A stretch of 63,989 nucleotides of DNA, filler included, from Myxococcota bacterium (GTDB lineage: Bacteria > Myxococcota > Myxococcia > Myxococcales > Myxococcaceae): the NCBI GenBank assembly GCA_049322255.1. It is 3 parts of 3 records of this genome, joined end to end, with 100 filler letters (N's around TTAATTAATTAA, not from the genome) between each part and the next. Parts side by side here need not be neighbours in the genome. Positions count along the whole stretch, not along the records: positions 24,125 to 47,779 come from JBMORE010000062.1; 2 more parts are not named here. One strand, 5' to 3'. Below, one piece after another: positions 38,021-47,879 of this stretch. The position numbers and the translations under genes are program-made. Numbering within the stretch: the first letter of the stretch is position 1; every line of letters begins with the position of its first letter. Under the pieces are notes generated by a model that did not search any database, was not told where the DNA came from, and was given only the letters and a program-made list of their open reading frames with translations.

Positions 38021-41000
38021 TCACCGGTTGATGACGAACCCGCACGCGGAGTCGAGGGTGAGCGTCAGGCCCCCCAGCGCATCGAGTAGCCGCTGGTAGT
38101 GGGCGCGTTCCGCTTCCAGCTGGGCGGCGATGCGCTCCTTGGGCACTCCCTGGTGTGACAAGGACAGCTCCAAGCGGGTGAGCTCGGCTTCGCGCTCTGC
38201 CTCGATGGCGGCACGGGCCTTCTTTGCACGGCGGCGCAGCTCTTCCTCGGCGGCGGCGGTGGCGGCGGCCACGGCGGAGTCCACGAAGGAAGGCAGCTCG
38301 GGAAAGGCGGCGCGAATCTCATCACCCTTGAGGGGAAGCCCGTCCGCCTCCAGCGCTTCCAGAAGGGTTGGGTCCACCTTGGGTTTTCCATCGGCACCGC
38401 GGACCACCGCCACCGGCACCAACAGCTCGTCGAAAAAACGCGACAGCTGGCGCGAGGGCACCTTTGCGCCCACCGAGGTGTCCTGTGCCTCGGGGGGGAC
38501 GATGTGGAAGAGCAGCTCGAGCCCACGCGCCTTCGAGGGGCCGCGCCGCTCGATGAAGCGGACTCCGTTTCTTCCGTAGGGGCCGTCGCGCAAAAAGCCG
38601 AAGAGCGCCTCGACGATGGGGTGCCCGGTGGCGAAGAAGTCGTTCTCCTCCTGCTCCACCGCGGTGTCCCGCCAGAAGGAGCCGAGCACCGTCTTCTCCT
38701 CGAGCGACAAGCCCGGCAAGGCCTCGACGTTGAGCGCGTGGCCGAAGTGGAAGGCGCACTGGAAGGCGTCGACCTGCTCGTCGGTGTCCACCCCGATGCC
38801 CACCTTGCGCGCCAGCTCGGTGACTGTCTCCTCCAGCCGCTCGTCGAGGTCGCGGGCCACCGCCCACAGCGCGTCCTCCACTTCCTCTTCCAGCGCTTCG
38901 CCCTCGTCGATGAGCCCGAAGCGCCGCTGCGCCCGCTCCACCAAGCCGCGCACCGCCTCGCGGTCAAAGGAGCGCAAGTCGAGCAAGGGGTCGTACGCCC
39001 GGCGCACCTGCTCGCGCGCTGTCTCCACCCGCCTTTTCAGCTCGGAGCGGTACTCGGCGCGCTCCGACGGCGGCGAAAGGGCCAGCTCGGTGAGGCGCCC
39101 CTCCACCTCTTCCAGCACCGCGTCCAGCCCGCCCACCGTCTCGCCGAAGACGCCCACCGAATCGGCGAGCACCGCCAAGACGTCGGCGGAGAGGGTGCCT
39201 TCGGGCTCGAAGACGTGAATCTCCACCGGTTGGGTTTGCCCGATGCGGTCGAGGCGCCCGATGCGCTGCTCCATCGCCGCCGGGCTCCAAGGTAAGTCGT
39301 AATTCACCAAGTGGTGGGCGAACTGGAAGTTGCGCCCTTCGCCGCCCACCTCGGTGCACAGGAGCACCTTGGGGCCCTCGGGGTCGCGAAAACGCGCTAC
39401 CTGGCGGTCGCGCTCCAAAAGCGGCAAGTCACCGTGGTAGGCGAGCGCCTCGACGTTCTCTTCGCGCAGCTTGGCCTGCACGCTCTCCAGGGTGTCGCGC
39501 GACTCGGTGAATACCAGCACCTTGGCCGAAGGCTCGCTCTTCCAGATGCGCGTGAGGCAGGCGTGAAAGGCGAGGAACTTGGCGTCGCGGGAAGGCAGAG
39601 CAACGTGCGGCGCCTTGCCCGCGAGCGCTTGGGTGCTTTTCAACACGGCGAGAAAAGCAGCGGGCGAAGACTCCAGGCGGCGAAGCAGATTCGCCAGCGG
39701 TGCGCCCTTCAGCTTGGGCTGCTCGCGCAAGGCCGCCAGCGCTTCCTCGCGGGCGGCGCGCTCGGCGGCGGGAAGCTCCACCGGGTGGCGGTGCAGTCGC
39801 CTTGGGGAAAAACCGCCCACCACCGCGCGCCGGTTGCGGATGAGTCGGTCGGAAAGGCTGTACGTCTCGGCCAAGTGCGACAGGAGCGCCTCCTTGTCCT
39901 CGAGGCCGCGCAGCTGGGCGTCGTGAGGGAAGCGCTCCGCGAGCATCTTCACCGCTGCCGATGGCTTGCCGCCCTCGAGCAGCTTTCGCACCGCCACCGA
40001 GAGCTCTTCTTGGCGTGCCAGCCGCGTCTCCAGCTCCTTCGCCGTCGGCGCGGTGGCCGGCTCGACCAGGGTGAGCAGCGACTGGTACTCGGCGGGGTCG
40101 AGCTGCATCGGGGTGGCGGTGAGGAGGAGCAGCCCCCAGGCGTTGTTGGCCAGCGCGCGCGCGGCGGCGAAGGCCTTCTCGCCCTTCAAGTGGTGGGCCT
40201 CGTCGATGATGACCAGGTCCCAGAAGGCACGCGGGTGAGCGGCCTCGGCCCGGTGCTCGTCGGTGCGGGAAAGCAACTCCAGGCTGGTCACTATTTTGTC
40301 GAAGCGGGCCCAGGGAGAGACGCCGGGTTGCTCCTTGAGGCTTTGGGCGTAGCGCTCGCCGTCCATCAAGGTGAAGAGCTGGTTGAACTTGTGGAAGAGC
40401 TCCACCAGCCACTGCACGGTGAGGTGGCTGGGCGCCACCACCAGCACGCGGTGGGCCAGGCCGGAGAGGCGCAAGGCGCTGAACACCATGCCCGCCTCGA
40501 TGGTTTTCCCTAAGCCGACCTCGTCGGCGAGGATGAAGCGGGGCCTTCGCGCGGAGAGGACCCGTTGCACCACCCCCACCTGGTGCGGCTTGACCATCAC
40601 CCGGCTGGCGAGCAGGGCGCCCAAGGCGTCGCAGCGGCGCTCGTCGTCGAGGTGGAGCGCGGCGCGGCGTAAGACGAAGTTCTTCGCGTCGCCCGCCCGG
40701 CCTTGCTTGAGCAAGGTGAGGGCGTCTGGCGTAGGAGCCAGCGCACGCAGCTCGGACTCGGGCAGCTCGTCTTCGCCGCCACCGTCGTAGACGATTTCGT
40801 AGCGGCGCAGCCCGCGGCCGCCCGACACCTCGCCGGACACCTTGGCAGAGCGGCCCTTGGCGGTGCACACCGCGTCGCCCACCGAGAGTTGATGCGCCAC
40901 CAAGGCGCCCTGGCGAGTGGAGACGATGACCGGCCCTCCCTCGCGTGCCGGGAAGAGGACGAGGGCCTTGGCGCCGCCCTCCTCGAGGGAGAGCAGATGC

Positions 41001-41062
41001 CCCACCCCCCACTCAGGCTGGGGGAGGTAGCGGACTTTCATGCCGGGAACGAGCGCTTGCAT
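38021..41062 (-). CDS. rapA: RapA/HepA-like SNF2 helicase
   Basis: N-terminal QPEWGVG; ILADEVGLGKTIEAG; IIDEAHH; LLLTATPMQ; LLCTEVGGEGRNFQFA; EQRIGRLDRIGQ. Confidence 0.9.
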   Translation of the reverse strand: MQALVPGMKVRYLPQPEWGVGHLLSLEEGGAKALVLFPAREGGPVIVSTRQGALVAHQLSVGDAVCTAKGRSAKVSGEVSGGRGLRRYEIVYDGGGEDELPESELRALAPTPDALTLLKQGRAGDAKNFVLRRAALHLDDERRCDALGALLASRVMVKPHQVGVVQRVLSARRPRFILADEVGLGKTIEAGMVFSALRLSGLAHRVLVVAPSHLTVQWLVELFHKFNQLFTLMDGERYAQSLKEQPGVSPWARFDKIVTSLELLSRTDEHRAEAAHPRAFWDLVIIDEAHHLKGEKAFAAARALANNAWGLLLLTATPMQLDPAEYQSLLTLVEPATAPTAKELETRLARQEELSVAVRKLLEGGKPSAAVKMLAERFPHDAQLRGLEDKEALLSHLAETYSLSDRLIRNRRAVVGGFSPRRLHRHPVELPAAERAAREEALAALREQPKLKGAPLANLLRRLESSPAAFLAVLKSTQALAGKAPHVALPSRDAKFLAFHACLTRIWKSEPSAKVLVFTESRDTLESVQAKLREENVEALAYHGDLPLLERDRQVARFRDPEGPKVLLCTEVGGEGRNFQFAHHLVNYDLPWSPAAMEQRIGRLDRIGQTQPVEIHVFEPEGTLSADVLAVLADSVGVFGETVGGLDAVLEEVEGRLTELALSPPSERAEYRSELKRRVETAREQVRRAYDPLLDLRSFDREAVRGLVERAQRRFGLIDEGEALEEEVEDALWAVARDLDERLEETVTELARKVGIGVDTDEQVDAFQCAFHFGHALNVEALPGLSLEEKTVLGSFWRDTAVEQEENDFFATGHPIVEALFGFLRDGPYGRNGVRFIERRGPSKARGLELLFHIVPPEAQDTSVGAKVPSRQLSRFFDELLVPVAVVRGADGKPKVDPTLLEALEADGLPLKGDEIRAAFPELPSFVDSAVAAATAAAEEELRRRAKKARAAIEAEREAELTRLELSLSHQGVPKERIAAQLEAERAHYQRLLDALGGLTLTLDSACGFVINR

Positions 41063-41601
41063 CGAAAGGCGGCTACTTAGCCTCGCCGCACCGCGGGCGC
41101 ACGTGCGAAAGGCCGAATGCCCGCAACATAAGAAGGACTAAACGTCAGAAGACCGAAGTAGGAAGCCGCCGCGAGGTGGGCGTGGTGGAGAAGGTGCTGC
41201 GCCGCGTCGTCAAGCAACTGGCCAAGGACCCCGGTCGAGGTCTACCTCGGTTTGCCAGGTTCTTCTTCCTCACCACCGACTCCGACCTAGTCTCGATTCG
41301 CGTTGGCCCACATTGGCGGCGAGCCCTCGAGCTGGCGGTCCCTCTGCCCGCGCGCACCTGACGCCACGGTGCGGCTCACTCCAACTTGGGTTCCCGTACC
41401 TGCGTAGGTTCTTCAGGGATGCTCTTTTGGCAGGTGTTCGAGAACATCGGAATGGTGAGCGTGATGATCGGCGTGGGCCTGTTGGTCAACATCGGCATGC
41501 GCCGGCACATCCTCTGAAAAAACTTCCCCTCGTTCGGGCGCCGTTCGTCTCACGGGCCAAAGCGATCGGCATGTCGCCGGTCCCTTCTGGGGAGAAACGA
41601 G

Positions 41602-41946
41602 ATGAAGACGTGGACGATGAAGCTCGCCGGCGCGCTGGCGGTGGCGGCACTTGGCGCTGCCTGCGGCACCAGCCCTGTGCAGGCATGCAAGGACCAGGGG
41701 GTGGCGGAGTGCAAGAAGATGTGGAGCTGCGACGCGGCGGTGAAGCTGGGCTCGGACGAGGCGAGCTGCATCACCACCTACGCCGGACTGTGTGAGGGCT
41801 TCGCCAAGGAAGGCAAGTGCGAAGGCGGCAAGACCATGGATCTAGGCCGCGTCGTCGCCTGCACCGCGGACATCGAGAAGGCCAGCTGCGACGAGTACAA
41901 GTCGGGCACCTTCCGCGCCGCCAACTGCGAAGCGGCTTGTCGTTAG
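41602..41946 (+). CDS. Small Cys-rich lipoprotein
   Basis: GGAG RBS, lipobox GAAC, ten further Cys in 114 aa. Confidence 0.8.
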   Translation: MKTWTMKLAGALAVAALGAACGTSPVQACKDQGVAECKKMWSCDAAVKLGSDEASCITTYAGLCEGFAKEGKCEGGKTMDLGRVVACTADIEKASCDEYKSGTFRAANCEAACR

Positions 41947-42728
41947 GGGCTCATCGTGCCCAGGACATCGGAGAGGGAGGCGGCGACCGCAGCGGCAAAG
42001 GCCTCGAGGGTAAGAGGCTCTTTCCAGCGGGCCGCCTCCTCGAAGTCGAGCGCGTGGTGCGTTTCGATGATGACCGAGGGCATCGTGGGTTTGCGCAAGA
42101 CGAAGATGCGTCGGCCGATTCCCGGGCGGTTCTCGAAAACGCCCGGGTGTGAATCGTCGCCCACATAGTGCCCAGGGTAGTCGACGCCGTCGTAGGCGAG
42201 CAGGCCCGCCTGACGCATGCGTGTAGCCAAGGCCCGCGCCAGCGTCTGCCGTCGGGGCGTGAGCAGAGCGGGACCGTCGCTCGACCAGAGCACCGCGAAG
42301 CCAGGCGTCTCATCCTGGCGCAGACAGAAAGTGCCCGGGACAGGGCTCCACCAACGCGCCAGCCCCCGCGCGTCGGCGTGCAGGCTCAAGAAGGCGTCGG
42401 CCTTCCACGACTCGGCCGCTCTCACTCGAGCTTCGTAGGCCACCCGGGCGCCGTCGCGGCTAAGACGCACCTCGAAGGCCCCCGTGCGCCGCAGGTGTTC
42501 GGCGAGGTCCTTTGCCACCCGCAAGGTGAAGTCCTCTTCGTGCTCGCAGGTGACCGAGGCGACGCCCTGGTTGTCTTTCGCGCCGTGGCCCCCGTCGAGG
42601 TAGATGCGCCAGGGCCTCTTTCGTGGGGAGTGGGACAGGTGAACGAGGTTCAGCGGAGCCCCGGCCTTCGGCCATTGGGGCGCTGTGGGGCCAGCAGCGA
42701 GGGCGAGGAGCAAACACAGTGGCAACAT
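41943..42728 (-). CDS. N-acetylmuramoyl-L-alanine amidase (Amidase_3)
   Basis: IYLDGGHG, E, RLSR, FLSLHAD, FVLRKPTMPSVIIET zinc motifs; signal peptide. Confidence 0.9.
   Translation of the reverse strand: MLPLCLLLALAAGPTAPQWPKAGAPLNLVHLSHSPRKRPWRIYLDGGHGAKDNQGVASVTCEHEEDFTLRVAKDLAEHLRRTGAFEVRLSRDGARVAYEARVRAAESWKADAFLSLHADARGLARWWSPVPGTFCLRQDETPGFAVLWSSDGPALLTPRRQTLARALATRMRQAGLLAYDGVDYPGHYVGDDSHPGVFENRPGIGRRIFVLRKPTMPSVIIETHHALDFEEAARWKEPLTLEAFAAAVAASLSDVLGTMSP
42207..42299 (+). repeat. 93-bp direct repeat, copy 1 (inside amidase gene)
   Basis: Identical to 44568-44660 except at 3 positions. Confidence 0.9.
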
Positions 42729-42806
42729 CGGCTGATGCGACACGCCGGCGAGCTTGAGGGTTCCGCGGCGTGTGTAAGATGGTCCTCCCCCGTTCTTGGA
42801 GGTCCC

Positions 42807-44519
42807 GTGACTCACAGCGGCCGCTTGAGCTTCACCCTTGCCCTGAGCGCGCTCGTATCCGCCTGTGCGCACAAGCGCCTGTTCCCCACGCCCGAGACGC
42901 TGGCCAAGCTGGCGGCGGCGCCTCCTCCGCGGCAAATGTTCAAGGGGAAGCAGGTGCGGGTCGACTCATGGAAGCTCACCGGCCCGTTACCCGACAAAGT
43001 GGGGCTGGTTCCGCACAAGTCGGCGAACCCTTGGGACGCGTTGGTGGAAGAGAGGGTTCAGGCCAAGCCAGGAGTGCTCATCGCCTCGGAGGAGATGCAC
43101 TGCGCGGCGCGCGAGCTGGGCATCTTCGCGCTGGAGCACGGCAATCTGCCGGCGAGCGAGCTTTCGAGGTTTATCTTCGCCCGTTGCGGCACCTCGGGCG
43201 CAGCCTTCGGCACCAACTGGATGAGTGGTGAGGTGTCCGACCAGGTCTCTGACGCCGAGATGTTCGCCCGCTGGTCGCCCCAGGTGAAGCAGATGCTCGC
43301 AGAGCTCTCCGGAAGCCGCGCGCTGGGGGTGTGGGTGGGTCGCAAGGCGGGCAAGGGCGTGGTGATGGTCGCTTCGACGCAGCGGCGGGTGCACCTCGAG
43401 CCGCTGACCATGGTGCCCGGCGAAGACGGGGTGCTTTGGGTTCGAGGTGAGCTGTTGGTACCCGCAGAGAAGTTGATGGCCCTTCACGGCAAGGGCCGCT
43501 TCGGAGTGGACGGGTGCGAGCGTGACGAGTCGCTTGCACTTCCCAAGTTCTCCTTCCGATGCTCGCTGGAGAAGACTGATGCCTCGGCGTGGATCGACAT
43601 CTCGACCTTCCAAACCCATCGAATCCTCGGCGAAACGGCGGTCGAGCTCTTGGCGTGGCCTTCTGGCGCGCTCTCTGACACCTACGAGCGTTCGATGAAG
43701 CTGGAACCGCGGCCCATAGGCGATTTCAGCGTCTTCACCACGCTGTTTCATGCGACGGTCAATCAGGTGCGGGCCAAGGCTGGGCTCCCGGCCCTGGAGC
43801 TTTCAGCGCGTCAAAGTGATACCGCCGCCCGGGTGGCGCCCCACTACTTCGCGGCGATGGTCGACTCGGACGAGTCGGCGCTCGACACGGTTGCGCTGGG
43901 GATGATGGCGGGCTGGGACGTCGAGGGCCCCGTTTTCAATGGCAACTTCGGCTCTTCATCGGCGTCAGGCAGCGTCGATGCCTCGCTGTTGGTGGAGGAC
44001 TTCGTCTCCCGGCCCTACGGGCGAAAGCTCTTGCTCGACGCGGAGGTCTCCCAGCTGGCGGTGGGCCCGGTGCGAGACGAGACCAACGGCGTCACCGCGG
44101 CGATCGTTTCCTCGTACGTTCTGCGGGTACAGCCGTTGGGAGTGGAAGAGCAAAAGAAAGTGCTCGCGCAGGTGAACGAGGCGCGGAAGAAGGCTGGTGT
44201 CGAGCCGGTGCTGTGGGTCGCGGCGCCCCCAGCCACCGCGGAACGAATCTCCACCGAGCTCGCCCATGGCCAGATGGCGCCGGAAGAGGCTTTGGACGTG
44301 CTGCTCCAGGACGTAGTCGGCCAAGTCGGTTATGGCATCTTCGGATGGTCGCTGGAGACCTATTCGCTCGAGGACATCAAGGTTCCCGACGAGCTGGCGA
44401 CTCAGCCTGCCATCGGGTTGATCGTCGCGGTAGGACGGTACCGGCCTCGCGGTGATCCCTGGCACCGCTATGTCGTCTTGCTCGTGCGCACCCGAAACGT
44501 CCAGGGCCCGAGCGCTTGA
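42807..44519 (+). CDS. Lipoprotein with CAP/SCP-like domains
   Basis: GGAGG RBS, lipobox VSAC; VNQVRAKAGLPAL and VNEARKKAGVEPV CAP-like starts. Confidence 0.7.
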   Translation: MTHSGRLSFTLALSALVSACAHKRLFPTPETLAKLAAAPPPRQMFKGKQVRVDSWKLTGPLPDKVGLVPHKSANPWDALVEERVQAKPGVLIASEEMHCAARELGIFALEHGNLPASELSRFIFARCGTSGAAFGTNWMSGEVSDQVSDAEMFARWSPQVKQMLAELSGSRALGVWVGRKAGKGVVMVASTQRRVHLEPLTMVPGEDGVLWVRGELLVPAEKLMALHGKGRFGVDGCERDESLALPKFSFRCSLEKTDASAWIDISTFQTHRILGETAVELLAWPSGALSDTYERSMKLEPRPIGDFSVFTTLFHATVNQVRAKAGLPALELSARQSDTAARVAPHYFAAMVDSDESALDTVALGMMAGWDVEGPVFNGNFGSSSASGSVDASLLVEDFVSRPYGRKLLLDAEVSQLAVGPVRDETNGVTAAIVSSYVLRVQPLGVEEQKKVLAQVNEARKKAGVEPVLWVAAPPATAERISTELAHGQMAPEEALDVLLQDVVGQVGYGIFGWSLETYSLEDIKVPDELATQPAIGLIVAVGRYRPRGDPWHRYVVLLVRTRNVQGPSA

Positions 44520-44567
44520 GCTCAAAGCAGCGTCCCGCGCAGGGTGAAGGTGGCGACGCCGCCGCGC

Positions 44568-44660
44568 CGCCTGACGCATGTGTGTAGCCAGGGCCCGCGC
44601 CAGCGTCTGCCGTCGGGGCGTGAGCAGAGCGGGACCGTCGCTCGACCTGAGCACCGCGAA
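44568..44660 (+). repeat. 93-bp direct repeat, copy 2 (orphan amidase gene fragment)
   Basis: Encodes FAVLRSSDGPALLTPRRQTLARALATHMRQA on the minus strand, as in the amidase. Confidence 0.9.
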
Positions 44661-44730
44661 TGGCACGAGCGCCGAACGCTTGAATGCCCCGGGCATGTTG
44701 GGACGCCGGAGGTGTAGGCTGAACATCGAG

Positions 44731-45363
44731 ATGAAGCCCCGCGTGCTCTTCGTCGCTGGCTCGACCGGAGCCACGGGTCAGGTTTTGATTCGCCTCGCCG
44801 ATGCCCAGGGGCTTTCCGTGGTGCCCCACGTGCGGCCGCAAAGCGCAACCAAGGCCCCGGCGCGTGCCGCCGTGCTCGACCTGGCAGACCAAGCGGAGCT
44901 GGTGAAGGCGTTGGCCGAGTGCACCACCGTCGTTCAGCTCATCGGCACGATGAAGAAACGCTTTGCCTCCGGCGACACCTACGAAACGAGCGACATCGGC
45001 ACGACTCGTCAGCTCGTCGAGGCGGCCAAGGAGGCGGGCGTCGACCACTTTCTCCTGCTCTCCTCCGTGGGGGCGGGGCGGCCGGTGGGGGCGTACCTGA
45101 GAGCCAAGGCGCGCGCCGAAGCGCTGGTCAAAGAGAGCGGCTTGCCCTTCACCGTCTTCCGGCCTTCGGCGTTGGAGGGTGGCGAGCGGCGTCCCGTCCC
45201 CGGTCTTCGCGCCCTCACGCGCGCGTTGGGCCTCTCCGCGCTGCAACCCATTACCCTCGAGGAGCTTTCGCGGGCGATGCTGCGCGCCGCGCGTGACCGT
45301 TCTCCCCTCGGCGCCGTGCTGGAGGGACGCGCGCTGTGGGAGCTGGTTCGCCGCGCGGGTTAG
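44731..45363 (+). CDS. NAD(P)-binding Rossmann-fold protein (atypical SDR)
   Basis: FVAGSTGATG, LLSSVGA, YLRAKARAE, FRPSAL. Confidence 0.88.
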   Translation: MKPRVLFVAGSTGATGQVLIRLADAQGLSVVPHVRPQSATKAPARAAVLDLADQAELVKALAECTTVVQLIGTMKKRFASGDTYETSDIGTTRQLVEAAKEAGVDHFLLLSSVGAGRPVGAYLRAKARAEALVKESGLPFTVFRPSALEGGERRPVPGLRALTRALGLSALQPITLEELSRAMLRAARDRSPLGAVLEGRALWELVRRAG

Positions 45364-46592
45364 AGGGTGAGGTAGAAAAACACCAGGCACATCTCGTCGC
45401 TGGTGCCCTCACCCCAGCGCACCTCACGGTTCTCTGGGTTGTTCCAGGTGCAGGTGAGGGAGACGGTCTGCCCGGAGAACACCACCACTGGGTCCTTGAA
45501 GTAATAGAGCTGCTGCCAATCGAAGTCCCATGCGGGCACGTCGATGAGGCAGGTGTTGCCCCGCGCCACGCGCACCGACTTTCCCTTGGTGTGCATGTGC
45601 GGCACCGCGCCGTACAGGGTGGCGTTGAAGGGCACTTGAAAAGAAAGGGTGGAGCTGAAGTCGGTGGCGTTGGGCGGAACGGCGAACGTGTCGTGCACCA
45701 GCGGCAAAAGCCACGCCTGCCGCACCGGGGTTCGCGCAAGCTGCAGCTTCACCTGGGTGCGGTCGACGAAGATGCCGTTGGCGGTGTTGTAATGCAGCTG
45801 CAGCACCAACGCGGAGCCGGCGCGCAGCTTGACGCCGGTGCCCGCGGGAGCTTGGGTGGGCGGCATTCCGGGCACCCAGCCGCCGACCATCTCGATGTTC
45901 GGCACTCCGCCGCTGCCGTAGCAGGTGAAACCGGGGCCCGCTTCTCCGTCGTCCTTTGCCACCGCGTCGGCCATCGGCGCGGAGAAGAGAATGGCGTGAT
46001 GCACCATTTCGCGTGAGCCCGGCACCAAATCCATGCCGACGATGTCTTGGTCAGTGGTGAGGCCGGGGTCGATGACGAAGCAGCGGTAATCGTCTCCTTG
46101 GGCACTGGGGGTGGGCAGGTAGTCGACCCCGATGTCCTTGGTGAGGTCCACCCGCGGCAAGCCCGTGCCAGCATCAGGTGCAGGCCGCGCATCGGCGGGG
46201 TCACCGGCCCGCGCGCCCTCGTTCACCCAGCCGACCAGGGTGTCCATCTCCGCTTGTGCCAGCCTGCGGGACTCGAGCAGCTCGCGACAGCTCTCGTCGG
46301 GCAGCCAGGGTGGCATGCGGCGTGTGCTCACCGCGCTGGCGATGGCTTCCTTGTGGAGGAAGGTTTCATCGTAAGTGGTGAGGGGGAAGGGAGCGATGCC
46401 GCCCGTGGTGTGGCAGCTTTGGCAGCGCGCGCGTAGCACCGGGACGGCGTCTTTGTAGTAGGTGAGGATGCCGCCGTCGGAGTGGCCGGCGTCGGCAACC
46501 GGTGTCTCTCCCGCGTCCGCAGGCGGAGGTGGGGCCTTGGAGCCGCACGCGGCGGCGAGACCCCCCAACAAGAGCGCGAGGCGGCGAATCAC
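45360..46592 (-). CDS. Lipoprotein: c-type heme motif + copper type II (PHM/DBH-like) monooxygenase domain
   Basis: Lipobox AAAC; CQSCH; RRMPPW; MVHHAIL; LQLHY; PHMH; WDFDWQ; GEGTSDEMC. Confidence 0.85.
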   Translation of the reverse strand: MIRRLALLLGGLAAACGSKAPPPPADAGETPVADAGHSDGGILTYYKDAVPVLRARCQSCHTTGGIAPFPLTTYDETFLHKEAIASAVSTRRMPPWLPDESCRELLESRRLAQAEMDTLVGWVNEGARAGDPADARPAPDAGTGLPRVDLTKDIGVDYLPTPSAQGDDYRCFVIDPGLTTDQDIVGMDLVPGSREMVHHAILFSAPMADAVAKDDGEAGPGFTCYGSGGVPNIEMVGGWVPGMPPTQAPAGTGVKLRAGSALVLQLHYNTANGIFVDRTQVKLQLARTPVRQAWLLPLVHDTFAVPPNATDFSSTLSFQVPFNATLYGAVPHMHTKGKSVRVARGNTCLIDVPAWDFDWQQLYYFKDPVVVFSGQTVSLTCTWNNPENREVRWGEGTSDEMCLVFFYLTL

Positions 46593-46648
46593 CTCGTCTT
46601 TGTACACGAAGGGCGCCGCTCTTCGCGATGGTCAGCGGGAAAGTAGGT

Positions 46649-47779
46649 TCAATCCCCACCGAACAGGGAGGCGAAGAAGCCGGGCTCTTCCCTGGGCGGT
46701 TTCTTCCTCGCCTGTCGGCTGGCCGGCCTCTTTTTCTTGGAAGAGGCCCGCTTCACCTGGACGCGCGCGCTCGTTGGCTTTTCGGGCGCGGCAACCTGCG
46801 GGCTCATGCTGGTGTGCGGGGGCGAGGCCGTGGGCTGGGGTGCCGCCGGCAACGCAGGCAGTGGCGCCGGGCCACACCAGCCAGCGACGGTGGCGGAGGG
46901 TGAGACCACCGGTTCGGGCACGATGCCGCGCGCGCCGAAGACGTCCGGCCTCCACCACAAGGCAACCACCAGAGTGACGAGCACCGCCACCAGCCCGGCG
47001 TGCGCGTAGGTGCGCCAGCGGCCGTCCAGTCGGGCAAGCCACGCGTTCTTGGGCACCTCCGCGCCTTTCTGCGCAGCGCACAACGCGTGGTACACCACGC
47101 CCGCGTGCGGCCGCTCGAGCGCGTCGGCGTGTGTCATCCGCTGGAGCACCGAGCGGACCCGCTTGGGAAGACGGCGTGGAACGCGGGGCTTCCACCCGCT
47201 CCGGGCGATGTCGTGCAGCGTCTGCAGCGCCGGCAAGGTGCTCGGCCCCGAGCCGCCTGCCGCCAGACACAGGAGCACCCCGAGGGCGAAGGTGTCGGCG
47301 GCGGGCGAGAAGAGGGTGCTGCGAATGCGCTCGTTGGAGAGGAAGGGAGCGGTGCTCCACACCCACCAGGACTCGCGGTCCTTCGACCGCCGGTCAGCGA
47401 GACGGTCGACGAGCAGGAGCGGGACGCTCCACAAAAGCGCGCGGCCCGTGGGGAGAATGCGCACGGCTTCCGCAAAGAGCGCTCCGTGAACGACACCGTG
47501 GTCGTGCAGCACCGAGAGCGCGCTGGCCAGCTCGGCGCCCAGCATCAACATCGAGGGCAGCGGCAAGGGCTCGCCCAGCGCGTCTCCCAGGGGCGTTCCC
47601 ACCGGGGAGTCGATGACGATGTCGATACGTTCACTGCCCTCGTGCACCTCCAGCACCCGCGGCAGGGCGACGTGGCGGGGCAGCTCGCGCATCGCCTGGG
47701 CCACCGCCTCACCGTTGGCGGCTCGTGGCAAGGAGCGCAAAAGGAGCGGCCGCTCGGTTCCTTCTTCGTGCGCGCTGTG
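46649..47779 (-). CDS. Degenerate Ser/Thr kinase-like membrane protein (pseudokinase), 5' end possibly cut by the contig edge
   Basis: LASALSVLHDHGVVHGALFAEAV (no HRD), LLWSVP (no DFG), APFLSNE, PAADTFALG; TM helix then Pro-rich tail. Confidence 0.7.
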   Translation of the reverse strand, partial: HSAHEEGTERPLLLRSLPRAANGEAVAQAMRELPRHVALPRVLEVHEGSERIDIVIDSPVGTPLGDALGEPLPLPSMLMLGAELASALSVLHDHGVVHGALFAEAVRILPTGRALLWSVPLLLVDRLADRRSKDRESWWVWSTAPFLSNERIRSTLFSPAADTFALGVLLCLAAGGSGPSTLPALQTLHDIARSGWKPRVPRRLPKRVRSVLQRMTHADALERPHAGVVYHALCAAQKGAEVPKNAWLARLDGRWRTYAHAGLVAVLVTLVVALWWRPDVFGARGIVPEPVVSPSATVAGWCGPAPLPALPAAPQPTASPPHTSMSPQVAAPEKPTSARVQVKRASSKKKRPASRQARKKPPREEPGFFASLFGGD

Positions 47780-47879
47780 NNNNNNNNNNNNNNNNNNNNN
47801 NNNNNNNNNNNNNNNNNNNNNNNTTAATTAATTAANNNNNNNNNNNNNNNNNNNNNNNNNNNNNNNNNNNNNNNNNNNN
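47780..47879. other. Artificial contig linker
   Basis: N44-TTAATTAATTAA-N44. Confidence 0.97.

Noticed and set aside
41176..41361. Short ORF (VVEKVLRRVVKQLAKDPGRG...) upstream of the helicase
   Set aside because: It has no convincing RBS or family motif; it may be a gene remnant, but cannot be supported.
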